In this document: positions 9,075 through 18,516 of the stretch, piece after piece
Position numbering within the stretch: the stretch's first letter is position 1
Layout: each line of letters begins with the position of its first letter
NCBI GenBank assembly: GCA_964490245.1
Contig: CAZBAF010000001.1
Location: forward strand, 120,928-184,927
Origin: an uncultured Candidatus Saccharibacteria bacterium
GTDB taxonomy: Bacteria; Patescibacteriota; Saccharimonadia; Saccharimonadales; JACDBH01
DNA: 64,000 bases
Direction of reading: 5' to 3'
The notes under the pieces: generated by a model
What the model saw: the letters and a program-made list of their open reading frames with translations, nothing else
Told to the model about the DNA's origin: nothing
Database searches by the model: none
Made by a program: the position numbers and the translations under genes

Positions 9075-10581
9075 CCGACAGGACATTCTGGATCTGTGCG
9101 AGCGCTACAAGGATAATAAGCCGCGCTTGAGGCAGCTACTAGTTGCATTGTTTGCCAAGCGCGAGAATATTCACCTGTTCGGCTGGTTCGTAAACCAAGC
9201 TTATGTGCGGCTCGAAACGCCTAATTTTCACAAAGAAATCTATAGTCTTGTTTCTGACAAATCTATACCGTACATTGGCATTGGCGCGCCACGTGGTCAC
9301 GCTAAATCTACGACTGTAGACTTCACTTATCCGCTATGGAGTGCCTGCTACCGACAGCATCACTTTGCGATCATTATCTCTGATACCTACACGCAGTCTG
9401 TCGAGTTCGTCAACGCACTGAAAGACCAGTTTGAGAATAACCTGCTGGTTAAGTGGCTCTATGGCGATCTTATGAGCGATACGTGGCGTGATGGTGAGTT
9501 CGTGCTTTCGACAGGCATCAAGTTTCTGGCTATGGGCGCAGGCATGAAGATTCGTGGTTTGCGCTTCCGAGAGTACCGCCCCGATCTATTGATAGTTGAC
9601 GATTTGGAAAACGACGAACAGGTCAACAGTGCTGAGCAGCGCAAGAAGCTTAAGAACTGGTTCATTAAGGCTGCGTTGCCTGCACTCAGCAAGGACGGTC
9701 GCTGTATTGTAATCGGTACTATTCTGCACCACGACAGCTTGCTTTCGAACATCCTCAACCGCAAGGAAATGTTTGCATCGTGGACGACACGGCTCTACAC
9801 AGCGATGTGGACAGATGAGAATGGGCGCGAGCATGCTTTGTGGCCGGAGCATATGGATTTGGATTACTTAACTGCTATTCGCGACGATCCAAAGCATCCG
9901 AAGTACATCGGCTCTATTGCTTTTGCGCAGGAATACCAGCAAAAACCTTTCGACGAAGAAGATGCAATCATACAGCCTAGCTGGATTCAATGGGCGGATA
10001 AGGCACCGGATGAGCTGCACACCGTTGCCTCTGTACTTGCGATAGACCCTGCTGCAAGCGAGAAGCAAACGGCCGACCCTACCGCTAAGCTTGTTGTTAA
10101 GCTCGGACTTGATGGCAACGTGTATGTGTGCGCTATAAGCAACAAGAAACAATCACCAACCAAGAGCGCCAAGGAAACACACGATATGTACACAGTTTTC
10201 GAGCCAAATGCCGTTGCGATTGAGGAAGGTATCTTGAATCTGGTGTTCAAGGATCTGTTGGCTGGCCTGCCTGTTATCGGCGTGAAACCTGATAAAGACA
10301 AGGTACGACGCTTACTGGCTGTTGCACGCTTTTTTGAGGCTGGTCGCGTTTATATCGTTAAGGGCATCAAGAATGCGCAAGCCCTGTATGATCAGCTGAT
10401 CGAGTTCCCGAGCGGTAGCCACGACGATATGGTTGATGCGCTTGTGTATGCAATTCGCTTGCTACTAGTCGATGGTATGGTCAGCGACGATGACATTGAG
10501 GTCGCTGGCAACTACCCTACTGGTGACGATGACGACGGTGAGGATGATGACGATGATGATGAATCTGATAACAACTGGTAG
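9034..10581 (+). CDS. terminase large subunit
   Basis: Walker A GAPRGHAKST and Walker B LLIVDDLE. Nuclease domain (…LAIDPAAS…SHDDMVDALVYAI). Poly-Asp C-terminal tail. Confidence 0.85.
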   Translation: MMQNLKKRSLADVSRQDILDLCERYKDNKPRLRQLLVALFAKRENIHLFGWFVNQAYVRLETPNFHKEIYSLVSDKSIPYIGIGAPRGHAKSTTVDFTYPLWSACYRQHHFAIIISDTYTQSVEFVNALKDQFENNLLVKWLYGDLMSDTWRDGEFVLSTGIKFLAMGAGMKIRGLRFREYRPDLLIVDDLENDEQVNSAEQRKKLKNWFIKAALPALSKDGRCIVIGTILHHDSLLSNILNRKEMFASWTTRLYTAMWTDENGREHALWPEHMDLDYLTAIRDDPKHPKYIGSIAFAQEYQQKPFDEEDAIIQPSWIQWADKAPDELHTVASVLAIDPAASEKQTADPTAKLVVKLGLDGNVYVCAISNKKQSPTKSAKETHDMYTVFEPNAVAIEEGILNLVFKDLLAGLPVIGVKPDKDKVRRLLAVARFFEAGRVYIVKGIKNAQALYDQLIEFPSGSHDDMVDALVYAIRLLLVDGMVSDDDIEVAGNYPTGDDDDGEDDDDDDESDNNW

Positions 10582-10602
10582 CCAAAAAGTCAATACTTGC
10601 GT

Positions 10603-10652
10603 TATAATATAAGCATTAACGCGGTTACGTCACACGTAGCCGCTTTTTAATT
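10603..10652 (+). promoter_or_regulatory. TATAAT + hairpin + U-run unit, copy 2 (upstream of portal)
   Basis: TATAAT 10603-08; GCGGTTACGT-CAC-ACGTAGCCGC; TTTTTAATTG. Confidence 0.5.
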
Positions 10653-10664
10653 GGATATCCACGC

Positions 10665-12860
10665 ATGAAAATACAAGTACCACTTCTCAATAGGACAATC
10701 GAACTCGCAGAAAAACCAAAGCCTGCCAAGGGCGGCAAGATGACTGATGAGGTCGGTGTTGCTGGTGACGTTGTCTTTAATGGCTTCAAAGACGAAGAAG
10801 CTCGCAGCGATAAAATCACCATTAAGCAGTACCGCGAAATGCTAGACAAAGACCCTACTGTCGAGTCACTTTTCAACATCTTTACGCTGCCGATCATTGC
10901 TGCAACCTATCGTATTGATGCAGACAAGAATGACACTGGCGAGGTACAGGCGGAATTCGTGCGTCGTAACTTGCTAGAACCACCACACAAGGGCGGTATG
11001 GAAACGCCAATGAGCTTGTTCTTGGATCAGCTATTGATGTCGGTTGTTGATGGTTTTCAATTATGGGAAAAGGTATATCGGATTGATGAAGCTGGTCGCT
11101 TGGCACTTAAGAAGCTTGCGCATCGTGATAGCATTGGCATTACGCTCAAGCGCGATAAGTACGGTGGTTACGGCGGCGCCGTGCAGCGCGTCAACTATAT
11201 GGGCGAATGGAAAGAAATCGAGTTACTTGCATATAAAACATTCTTATTCACACACAACAAGGCGCGCGACTTTCTCTATGGACGCAGTTCGTTCCGCTCA
11301 CTGTATCCGAAGTACGACAAGAAGCGTAGACTAGAGTATCTAGACAGTATTGCACTGCAGAATGACGCGATAAAGCCCAAGGTGTTACTGCGCAAAGAGT
11401 CCGGCGCGCTTGGTAAGGAAGAAAAGACTGCACGCAACAAGGCTTTAGCAATGCTTGCGAAGCTCGGAGAGCGAAAACCAGTTGCTTCGTTGCCGTATGG
11501 CTATGATATCAAGGAGCTGAACAGTCAGGGTCGCGATCCACATACATCTATTGAGCGCCAGAATTCCGAAATGGCTCGTGCTTTTCTTGCTACATTCGCG
11601 TTGCTCGGTTCACAGGGTAAAGAAAGCAATGTTGGATCATACGCGCTGAGCGACAATCTTGCTGATATGCTGATGATCTCACTTAAGGCATATATGACCA
11701 AGGTTGAGGAGCACATCAACCAGTATCTGATTGCTGATTTAATCGATCTGAACTTTGCCGAGAAGCATTACCCTGAATTCCATTTTGACGATATTACCAG
11801 CGACGTGGTTGAGGTTATGACCGATGCCTTCCAGAAGCTGCTTGAGAAAGACCGCATCAGTGATGAGATGGTTGAGGGTATCGAGCGTGCTACTGCTAAC
11901 CGTCTTGAGATTGATCTTGAGAAAATCAAGAAAGACCGCAAGAAGCGCGCTGAAGAGGAAGCCAAGGAAGCTGCCAAATCAGCCAACAATGAGTCTGGCA
12001 ATGATGACGAAGGGAGTTCTGCCGGAAATTCCGGCGGCAAATTTCTGAGTGATGGGCAGCGCTGGTGGCGCCCGCTTACTCCGGCTGAGCAGACTGTAAG
12101 GCTTGCTGACATCGAAAAGCGAATGGACAATATGGAAGATGAGTTTATCGGTCGTGTTGAACCTGTTCTTAAGAGCTACTTAGAGTCACTTACTAATAGC
12201 GAGGTCGAATCTGGCAACGTAGGCGTTGAGCTGCCCAAGGATTATATTGCGGCAGTATCTGGCACTATTCGTACTGCCTACAATTACGCAAAAACTGGTG
12301 CAGCTGATGAGCTGAAAGTCGCTGCACCCGCTACCAGCAAAGAAGCCATTGAGAGCATGAAACAGTTTACTGATTTTGTCATCAACAAGCAGCAGGATGA
12401 TTTGAAGAACATTCTGATTGCTGAAAAATTGAAGCATCAGAGACTTACACGCTCGCTTGCTGAGGGCGAAGAAGAGGAAGATCCAAACACTATATTTAAG
12501 ACATCGCTGCAGGCGGCGTTCACTGCTTGGCTGGCTCGTATTTTGCGTGCCACAGCAAGTTCAATTGTTGCAACTTCCGTTGCCAACGGCCGAGGTGACG
12601 TGTTTGATGACGTTGCAGGTAAAGATGATCTATTCCAGCTGTCAGGCATTCTTGACGAGAAGATTTGCCCTATGTGTGAAGAGCTTGATGGTAGCGTAGT
12701 GACGCGCGATGAGTATCGTCGCACGCGCTGGAAGCCGCCATTCCACTTCAACTGTCGATGCTTGTGGATCTTAGTGCGCAAGGTATCGCCTGATTACAAG
12801 ATGCCGGAGGTCACAGGGTTGCCTTTGATGGCTGGTGGTGAGCACGGCCCAAAGATTTGA
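10665..12860 (+). CDS. portal protein fused to MuF/SPP1 gp7-like head morphogenesis domain with C-terminal Cys4 cluster
   Basis: 731 aa. Gene order TerL-portal. C-terminal CPMCEELDG…FHFNCRC. Confidence 0.7.
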   Translation: MKIQVPLLNRTIELAEKPKPAKGGKMTDEVGVAGDVVFNGFKDEEARSDKITIKQYREMLDKDPTVESLFNIFTLPIIAATYRIDADKNDTGEVQAEFVRRNLLEPPHKGGMETPMSLFLDQLLMSVVDGFQLWEKVYRIDEAGRLALKKLAHRDSIGITLKRDKYGGYGGAVQRVNYMGEWKEIELLAYKTFLFTHNKARDFLYGRSSFRSLYPKYDKKRRLEYLDSIALQNDAIKPKVLLRKESGALGKEEKTARNKALAMLAKLGERKPVASLPYGYDIKELNSQGRDPHTSIERQNSEMARAFLATFALLGSQGKESNVGSYALSDNLADMLMISLKAYMTKVEEHINQYLIADLIDLNFAEKHYPEFHFDDITSDVVEVMTDAFQKLLEKDRISDEMVEGIERATANRLEIDLEKIKKDRKKRAEEEAKEAAKSANNESGNDDEGSSAGNSGGKFLSDGQRWWRPLTPAEQTVRLADIEKRMDNMEDEFIGRVEPVLKSYLESLTNSEVESGNVGVELPKDYIAAVSGTIRTAYNYAKTGAADELKVAAPATSKEAIESMKQFTDFVINKQQDDLKNILIAEKLKHQRLTRSLAEGEEEEDPNTIFKTSLQAAFTAWLARILRATASSIVATSVANGRGDVFDDVAGKDDLFQLSGILDEKICPMCEELDGSVVTRDEYRRTRWKPPFHFNCRCLWILVRKVSPDYKMPEVTGLPLMAGGEHGPKI

Positions 12861-12892
12861 CAGATATATTGTTGTCATATAGATGCTTATGA

Positions 12893-12942
12893 TATAATCA
12901 GCATAACGAACGCGGTTACAGCAGTAGCCGCGTTTTCTATTG
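12893..12942 (+). promoter_or_regulatory. TATAAT + hairpin + U-run unit, copy 3 (upstream of protease/scaffold)
   Basis: TGATATAAT extended -10; ACGCGGTTAC-AGCA-GTAGCCGCGT; TTTTCTATTG. Confidence 0.5.
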
Positions 12943-12989
12943 TGGTGGCAAATGGCTGTAGCCTTTTAGTTCGAAGGAAAATTACAGCT

Positions 12990-14222
12990 ATGAGCAAACA
13001 AAATCATTCACCACAGAGCTTTGTTTACGTCACCAAAGGTGGCGATGTTGAGCTTGCTGAACACGACGGCAAGTTTAAGCGTTTTCGCAAAATGATTGCC
13101 AAGTATGGCGAGTTTGTTGATCCGCGTGGCGGTAAGCAGCCAATGAAGCTTGATAAGGCTTGGGCTGAGAAAATCGTCGATAACTTTAAGTCAGGTGTAC
13201 GCGGTTATGTTCCGGTTCCGCTCGGACATCCCAAAACTGACGCTGAATTAGCTGAGAAAAACAAGGGCGAATTGATCGATCTCGAAGCTGGCGAAGATGG
13301 CCTATATGGCACGCTTGAGATTCGCGACACCGAAACTATCGAAGCAATCGAATCTAAGCGCATCCCAGATACGAGCGTCGCCTTTGACGATGACTATCAA
13401 GACAAGAGCACTGGCAAGTGGGTTGGCCCCACCCTGAAGCACGTCGGTTTAGTTGTGAACCCATACCTTAAGGGTATGACACAGTTTGAGCCAGCGTTGT
13501 CTGAGGGTGCTAGTGCTGCAGTGCTGTTTAGCGATAGCGTCGAAGCCAACGGTGATAACAACAATAACGAAAAGGAGGAAATTACCATGGCTACAGTTAA
13601 AAACGAGCGCGATTTCCCGGTAGAGGTCACCTACACGGAAAACGACGAAGAGAAAAAGGTCACCATTGAGCCGGGTGCCGAAATCGAAGTACCTGAGGAT
13701 CAGGTCGAGGCTGTGACTAAGCAAATTACCGATGCTCAGAAGCCTGAAGAAGAGCAAGAAGAAAGTGGCGACGGCGATGATGGCGGCGAACAGCTTTCAG
13801 AAGCTGAGAAGAAGGCAAAAGAACTAGCTGAGCGCGAAGCCGAGATTGCACGCAAGCAGGCTGAATTGGCGGAGCGTGAAGCTAATGCTGAATACGAACG
13901 ATTGCTTAGCGAGGGCAAGATCGTTCCAGCTCAGAAAAATGCATATATTGCCCTTGCTGCGAAAGGCTCGGCTACGGTCGAACTTTCAGATGGAACTGAG
14001 AAAACTGTCAGCGTACTCCTATCGGAACTCTTTGAGGCAGCGCCTAAGGGCAAATATCTCAGCGAGGAAGGTGCTGGAGGCGATGATGGTGGTGACGGCG
14101 GTGACGACGATGTAGAGCTGTCTGAGGAGGAGAAGTCCTTGGCAGAAAGCTTCGGCAACACCCCAGAAGAATTAGCCGAATTCAAAAAGAACGGCGATGT
14201 AACTATTAAAAACGAGGAGTAA
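12990..14222 (+). CDS. prohead protease / scaffold protein (Mu gpI-like), acidic coiled-coil C-terminus
   Basis: Position between portal and capsid; GAAGGAAAATTACAGCT-ATG RBS at 12990 (longer GTG 12942 start possible); Glu/Lys coiled coil. Confidence 0.55.
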   Translation: MSKQNHSPQSFVYVTKGGDVELAEHDGKFKRFRKMIAKYGEFVDPRGGKQPMKLDKAWAEKIVDNFKSGVRGYVPVPLGHPKTDAELAEKNKGELIDLEAGEDGLYGTLEIRDTETIEAIESKRIPDTSVAFDDDYQDKSTGKWVGPTLKHVGLVVNPYLKGMTQFEPALSEGASAAVLFSDSVEANGDNNNNEKEEITMATVKNERDFPVEVTYTENDEEKKVTIEPGAEIEVPEDQVEAVTKQITDAQKPEEEQEESGDGDDGGEQLSEAEKKAKELAEREAEIARKQAELAEREANAEYERLLSEGKIVPAQKNAYIALAAKGSATVELSDGTEKTVSVLLSELFEAAPKGKYLSEEGAGGDDGGDGGDDDVELSEEEKSLAESFGNTPEELAEFKKNGDVTIKNEE

Positions 14223-14228
14223 ATCAAG

Positions 14229-14654
14229 ATGGCAGATTTAACCGCACCAAAAGATGATCAGCGCCAGAATGGTGAACTTGTAGCTGTCAAGCTGGCAGCT
14301 GTTAAGGTCTACAAGGGCGCACTACTAACTTTTAACAGCGATGGCTATGCAGATGTCGGTGACGCTAATGAGCGCTTCGCTGGTGTCGCTGCAGAAACCG
14401 TCGACAACAGTGGTGGCGCTGCAGGTGACAAAGAAGTTCGCGTCTGGCGACGCGGCGTTGTATCTGTAGGATGTTCAGCTGCAACTCAGGCTGATGTTGG
14501 TAAGTTGGCGTATGTTTCAGATGACCAAACTGTTGCCTTCACGCCAAGCGCTGGATCTATTCCTATCGGTACAGTTGTTGGCTTCGTTTCAGCCACTGAA
14601 GTTCGTGTAGATATCAACGTAACTGCGCCTCAGTACGCAACCCCTGCATCTTAA
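14229..14654 (+). CDS. putative head decoration / capsid-associated protein
   Basis: Small Gly/Ala/Val-rich beta protein directly before the major capsid gene. Confidence 0.4.
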   Translation: MADLTAPKDDQRQNGELVAVKLAAVKVYKGALLTFNSDGYADVGDANERFAGVAAETVDNSGGAAGDKEVRVWRRGVVSVGCSAATQADVGKLAYVSDDQTVAFTPSAGSIPIGTVVGFVSATEVRVDINVTAPQYATPAS

Positions 14655-14683
14655 TACAGGCGAATAACAGAAAGGAATAGGAC

Positions 14684-15571
14684 ATGATTATCACAAAAGA
14701 AGTCTTACAAGGACTTGAAACTAACATCAACGTCACTTGGCAGAAGCGCTTCAAGGCAGCTAAATGGGCTGACCTATGGAAGAAAGTTGCAATGCCTGTT
14801 AACAGTAAAAACGCAAGCGAAAAGTATGCTTGGCTTGGATCTGTACCGGGCTTGCGTGAGTTCAAGGACGAGCGTATTCCGGGCACTCTGAGCGGTTACA
14901 GCTACGAGATTGACAACAAGAAATGGGAGTCAACTCTCGATGTTGATCGTGACCTGATCGAGGACGATCGTACAGGCGAGATCATGATGGCTGTTTCTCA
15001 GCTCGCAACCAAGGCTGCACAGCACTACACTCGTCTAATTTGTGCTACCTTTAAGGCTGGCTTTAGCACTCCTATTTACGACGGCCAGAACTTCTTTAGC
15101 GGAAGCCACCCACTTGGCAGCAACTACCTTGGTAGTAGCAAAGACTTAAACGGCACAAACCTTGATGCTGCAGAAGCTCTGCTTGCTGGACAAAAGGATG
15201 ACAAAGGTGAGCCACTTGGTTACCGTGGTACTCACATCATCTGTGGCCCTGCTCTTGCACCAACCGCACGTGCTCTCATGAACAAAGAGTTATTGTCTGG
15301 TGGCGAAAGCAACGTTCACTACAAGAGGTACGAAGTGATTGAGCTTCCATACCTTGATGTTCAGAACGACAAGCAGTGGGCACTTGCTGACCTTTCAACT
15401 GGTCTGATGCCATTCATTCTGCAAATCCGCGTACCTATCAAGTTGGTCGCTAAGACTGACCTTACAAGTGATCGTGCCTTTGACAAGGACATCTTCACTT
15501 GGGGTACTCGCGCTCGTCACAACGCTGGTTTCGGTAATCACCAGCAAATCGTCGGCGCAGTAGCATCCTAG
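14684..15571 (+). CDS. major capsid protein (Mu gpT-like)
   Basis: 295 aa; follows scaffold; strong hairpin after its stop. Confidence 0.65.
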   Translation: MIITKEVLQGLETNINVTWQKRFKAAKWADLWKKVAMPVNSKNASEKYAWLGSVPGLREFKDERIPGTLSGYSYEIDNKKWESTLDVDRDLIEDDRTGEIMMAVSQLATKAAQHYTRLICATFKAGFSTPIYDGQNFFSGSHPLGSNYLGSSKDLNGTNLDAAEALLAGQKDDKGEPLGYRGTHIICGPALAPTARALMNKELLSGGESNVHYKRYEVIELPYLDVQNDKQWALADLSTGLMPFILQIRVPIKLVAKTDLTSDRAFDKDIFTWGTRARHNAGFGNHQQIVGAVAS

Positions 15572-15587
15572 TAGTGGTCAGACGTAA

Positions 15588-15611
15588 GGGGCAAGCAATA
15601 CGGCTTGCCCC
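15588..15611 (+). terminator. hairpin after capsid gene (attenuator/terminator-like)
   Basis: GGGGCAAGC-AATACG-GCTTGCCCC; weak U-run. Confidence 0.4.
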
Positions 15612-15653
15612 GAGGCTTGATCATTAAAGCATCAAGGAAGGAGAAAAAGCACC

Positions 15654-16058
15654 ATGTCGAAGCAATACAAACTTAAATTAAACCTACCACAGTCACTTAA
15701 AAACGCTGATCAGCGTGTACTTGAAGGTACCGAGATTGTCGTTACGCGCGACAGGGGCTATGTTGGCCCTCTGACTGATGCGGAGTTAAAGATTGCAGAG
15801 AATGACCCTTATGTGATCGTCGAGTCCGTTGCTCGCAAAGTAAGCTCAGCTGATGAATCTAACAGTGACGACGAATCAAAAGAACAGCAAAAACGCGGCA
15901 GCGGCAAACAAAAAGGCAGCAAGAAGAACGGTAAAAAGGACGAGGCAAAGACCGAGGAAGCTACCGACAGCGAAGTTGAAACTGCTGACAAGGAAGAAGC
16001 ACCCGTTGATGGCGATGAAAAAGGCGCTCAGGGTGGCGACGAATCAAAAGAACAGTAA
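15654..16058 (+). CDS. hypothetical structural protein with Lys/Glu-rich tail
   Basis: AGGAGAAAAAGCACC-ATG RBS. Confidence 0.45.
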   Translation: MSKQYKLKLNLPQSLKNADQRVLEGTEIVVTRDRGYVGPLTDAELKIAENDPYVIVESVARKVSSADESNSDDESKEQQKRGSGKQKGSKKNGKKDEAKTEEATDSEVETADKEEAPVDGDEKGAQGGDESKEQ

Positions 16059-16075
16059 TTTAAGGAGTTACATCA

Positions 16076-16765
16076 ATGGCGCACTATGAGACGCTACAAG
16101 CTATTCTCAAAGAAGCCGGACTTAGTCACGCCGTTTATAGCGAGAGTCCGAGCGGTACCATTGATGGCTCCAATAAAGCATTCACTGTCGCTAACAAGCC
16201 GTTAACTGATGCAAACGGCGATGATAAGGTAGACACGGAAGATGTGCAGGCATACGTTGACGGCACCCCTGTTGTCGTAGAAGAGGTTGACGCTCGGTTT
16301 GGTACCATTACGCTCACTCAGGCACCAACCGAAAGTGCGGATATTACTATTGATTACTGGTACTCGAATTACGAGCTATCTGAAGTTGAGCGTATTCGTG
16401 AGGAAGCTGAGGCGTGGATCAATAACCGTATGAAGTCGGTAGATCCATGTGCTCCATACGGTACTGGCGATGATCCAGTGCCAGCAACAGTACGTAACTT
16501 GTGTCGGCGGTATGCTGCTGCTCTTTTGCTTATTCGTGAATATGGATACAACCAAGACACCGAAGATACTAGCAAGGATGGCTATAGACGGCTTGAGGCT
16601 GTCAAGGCTGATCTGGAAGCATATGCGCTAGCTGGCGGCGAATGTGGCGAAAGTAGTGATGGTGGCGATGATGGTGGTCTTGGTGACATCTCTGCTACTA
16701 GTGACGGAGATTTATTCGGTAGATTCGAAGATATTCAGCGTCCTAACAGCGACGGGCGGTGGTGA
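16076..16765 (+). CDS. putative head-tail connector/adaptor
   Basis: Position after capsid; 229 aa. Confidence 0.4.
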   Translation: MAHYETLQAILKEAGLSHAVYSESPSGTIDGSNKAFTVANKPLTDANGDDKVDTEDVQAYVDGTPVVVEEVDARFGTITLTQAPTESADITIDYWYSNYELSEVERIREEAEAWINNRMKSVDPCAPYGTGDDPVPATVRNLCRRYAAALLLIREYGYNQDTEDTSKDGYRRLEAVKADLEAYALAGGECGESSDGGDDGGLGDISATSDGDLFGRFEDIQRPNSDGRW

Positions 16766-17190
16766 TGGCTAGGGTTAGCGTATCATTCTCAGTAGAGGGT
16801 GATGTCGAGGTCGTATCGATGTTTGAGGCGGCTCGCGTTCGTGCGCGTGATTTGCGTACTCCGCTTCGACGCATCGGCGAAATGATGCTAAAAACCATCG
16901 ACAAGAACTATGACACGCATGGTGGTGTTTGGGGTCGATGGAAGAGGCGCAAGAAAAGCTACCCTTGGCCAATGCTTGAACAAACTGGCCAGATGCGCAG
17001 AAGCTTTTACGACAAGGTTGGTAGTGATTACGTTGAGATTGGCAACAATGATCCGCGCGATATCTTTAAATACCACCAGAGCAAGGCGCCACGCACGAGC
17101 AATTTGCCGCGTCGTGTGATGATGGCTATCGCTGAAGATCAGCGTCGTGAATCTATGAGAATACTACAAGAGCACATCATGGGGAGGTAG
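16759..17190 (+). CDS. phage virion morphogenesis family protein
   Basis: …YPWPMLEQTGQMRRSFYDKV… motif; gene order. Confidence 0.5.
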   Translation: MVMARVSVSFSVEGDVEVVSMFEAARVRARDLRTPLRRIGEMMLKTIDKNYDTHGGVWGRWKRRKKSYPWPMLEQTGQMRRSFYDKVGSDYVEIGNNDPRDIFKYHQSKAPRTSNLPRRVMMAIAEDQRRESMRILQEHIMGR

Positions 17191-17192
17191 AT

Positions 17193-17705
17193 ATGGCGCG
17201 CTATAAAGATCCAATACTAAATAGAATCAAGGAAATACTAGACCGAGATGGCCCGAAAGAGCTTAAGGGCAAATATGGCATTGGCGACCCCGGTGTAGTC
17301 AATAAGTCACAGCTACCAATGTGCTTTATATCCTATGAGGCTCAAAGTCTCATTGATAGTACGTCGGCAGAGTGGCAATCTACCCTGCCGATCATCGTGA
17401 ATGTTGTATATGATATGTCTAGAGATTTTGGTCAGGGCTTAAACGCCACCAGCCACAGTAGCCTGATCGAGCTTGTATGCGGTCGAAATGATGACTTTAC
17501 TATCAGAGATGATAGTATCTTGGGTGCTTTGCGTAAAAATCAAGATATGACGGCCGAGGGCGATACTTATCAGCTGTTCATTGATGTTGGCACGCCTACA
17601 GATATAGATTTTGACTACCAAAACCGCAATAAAGGGCTGGTTACAGCCGAAGCAGTAGTTCGTTTCAGGGTCATTACGAGTCAGCTACGAACTGAATTTC
17701 TATGA
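17193..17705 (+). CDS. putative tail-completion protein
   Basis: Position only. Confidence 0.35.
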   Translation: MARYKDPILNRIKEILDRDGPKELKGKYGIGDPGVVNKSQLPMCFISYEAQSLIDSTSAEWQSTLPIIVNVVYDMSRDFGQGLNATSHSSLIELVCGRNDDFTIRDDSILGALRKNQDMTAEGDTYQLFIDVGTPTDIDFDYQNRNKGLVTAEAVVRFRVITSQLRTEFL

Positions 17706-18154
17706 TCAGCAACGAAAATCTTGAATTTTTTGTTGTTTGTTTCGAGCATAGTTGCGTATGATTGCGCCATCGATGACGCAGTACTTGAAATACCGCTGTC
17801 TTTGATGGCATTTTCGAGCACAATTTCACCGTCTTTGACTGTCAGCACGCTTACGATCTTGACATTCACCTTTGTTTGCTTCTTTTTAGCTGCAAGACCA
17901 AGCACGCCAAAGGCTGCGACACGGGTCAATGACGTTCTGGAGTCAGAAACGGTACTGTCTTGGGCTTCATAATCGAAACCGAGCACATTATCCCACGTGA
18001 TAAACAGTAGCTCATCCTTCTTTTTCCTGACTGATATGCCATTTTCGGACGCTTCGAGCGTCAATACGTGATGACCACTAATCGATGGATGCGATCCGAA
18101 ATACTCGCCTGAAATTTTGGCGGATTTCTTTTTACCAAATAATCCCATACACAA
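17681..18154 (-). CDS. reverse-strand moron: protein with two bacterial-PH-like repeats (157 aa)
   Basis: Only minus-strand gene in the morphogenesis block; AAAGGGAG RBS 7 nt before ATG; divergent from promoter unit copy 4. Confidence 0.5.
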   Translation of the reverse strand: MCMGLFGKKKSAKISGEYFGSHPSISGHHVLTLEASENGISVRKKKDELLFITWDNVLGFDYEAQDSTVSDSRTSLTRVAAFGVLGLAAKKKQTKVNVKIVSVLTVKDGEIVLENAIKDSGISSTASSMAQSYATMLETNNKKFKIFVADHRNSVRS

Positions 18155-18211
18155 AACTCCCTTTTTGGCAATTATATCACGTGGTTCTAGCGTTGTCTTT
18201 TGTGTTTATGC

Positions 18212-18260
18212 TATAATGACCTTAACAAACGCGGTTAACAGCAGCCGCGTTTTTCTTTTT
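18212..18260 (+). promoter_or_regulatory. TATAAT + hairpin + U-run unit, copy 4 (upstream of tail genes)
   Basis: TGCTATAAT extended -10; AAACGCGGTT-AACAGC-AGCCGCGTTT; TTTTCTTTTT. Confidence 0.5.
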
Positions 18261-18333
18261 GCGTAAATTTGCGCTCGCGAAGCGTGGTCTGTCTGTGACC
18301 ACGTTTTTTATTTGGCAAGGAATCGAGGCAAAT

Positions 18334-18516
18334 ATGAGCACATCAAAGTCAAAGCGCAACCAAATTGAAAAAACCGCACAAGCAACGGCTGAAGCACCAA
18401 CGAGCAAGAAGCAGCCGATGCAGACTTTCTATTTTCCCGAAAAGAACTTGAAAGTGGAAGCGCCCACACTCAAGGAAGCCATAGCCAAAGCTAACAGTAA
18501 GAAGGAGGGTAAATAA
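18334..18516 (+). CDS. small basic protein (60 aa)
   Basis: GAGG RBS before ATG 18334 (listed ORF starts earlier at 18259). Confidence 0.35.
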   Translation: MSTSKSKRNQIEKTAQATAEAPTSKKQPMQTFYFPEKNLKVEAPTLKEAIAKANSKKEGK

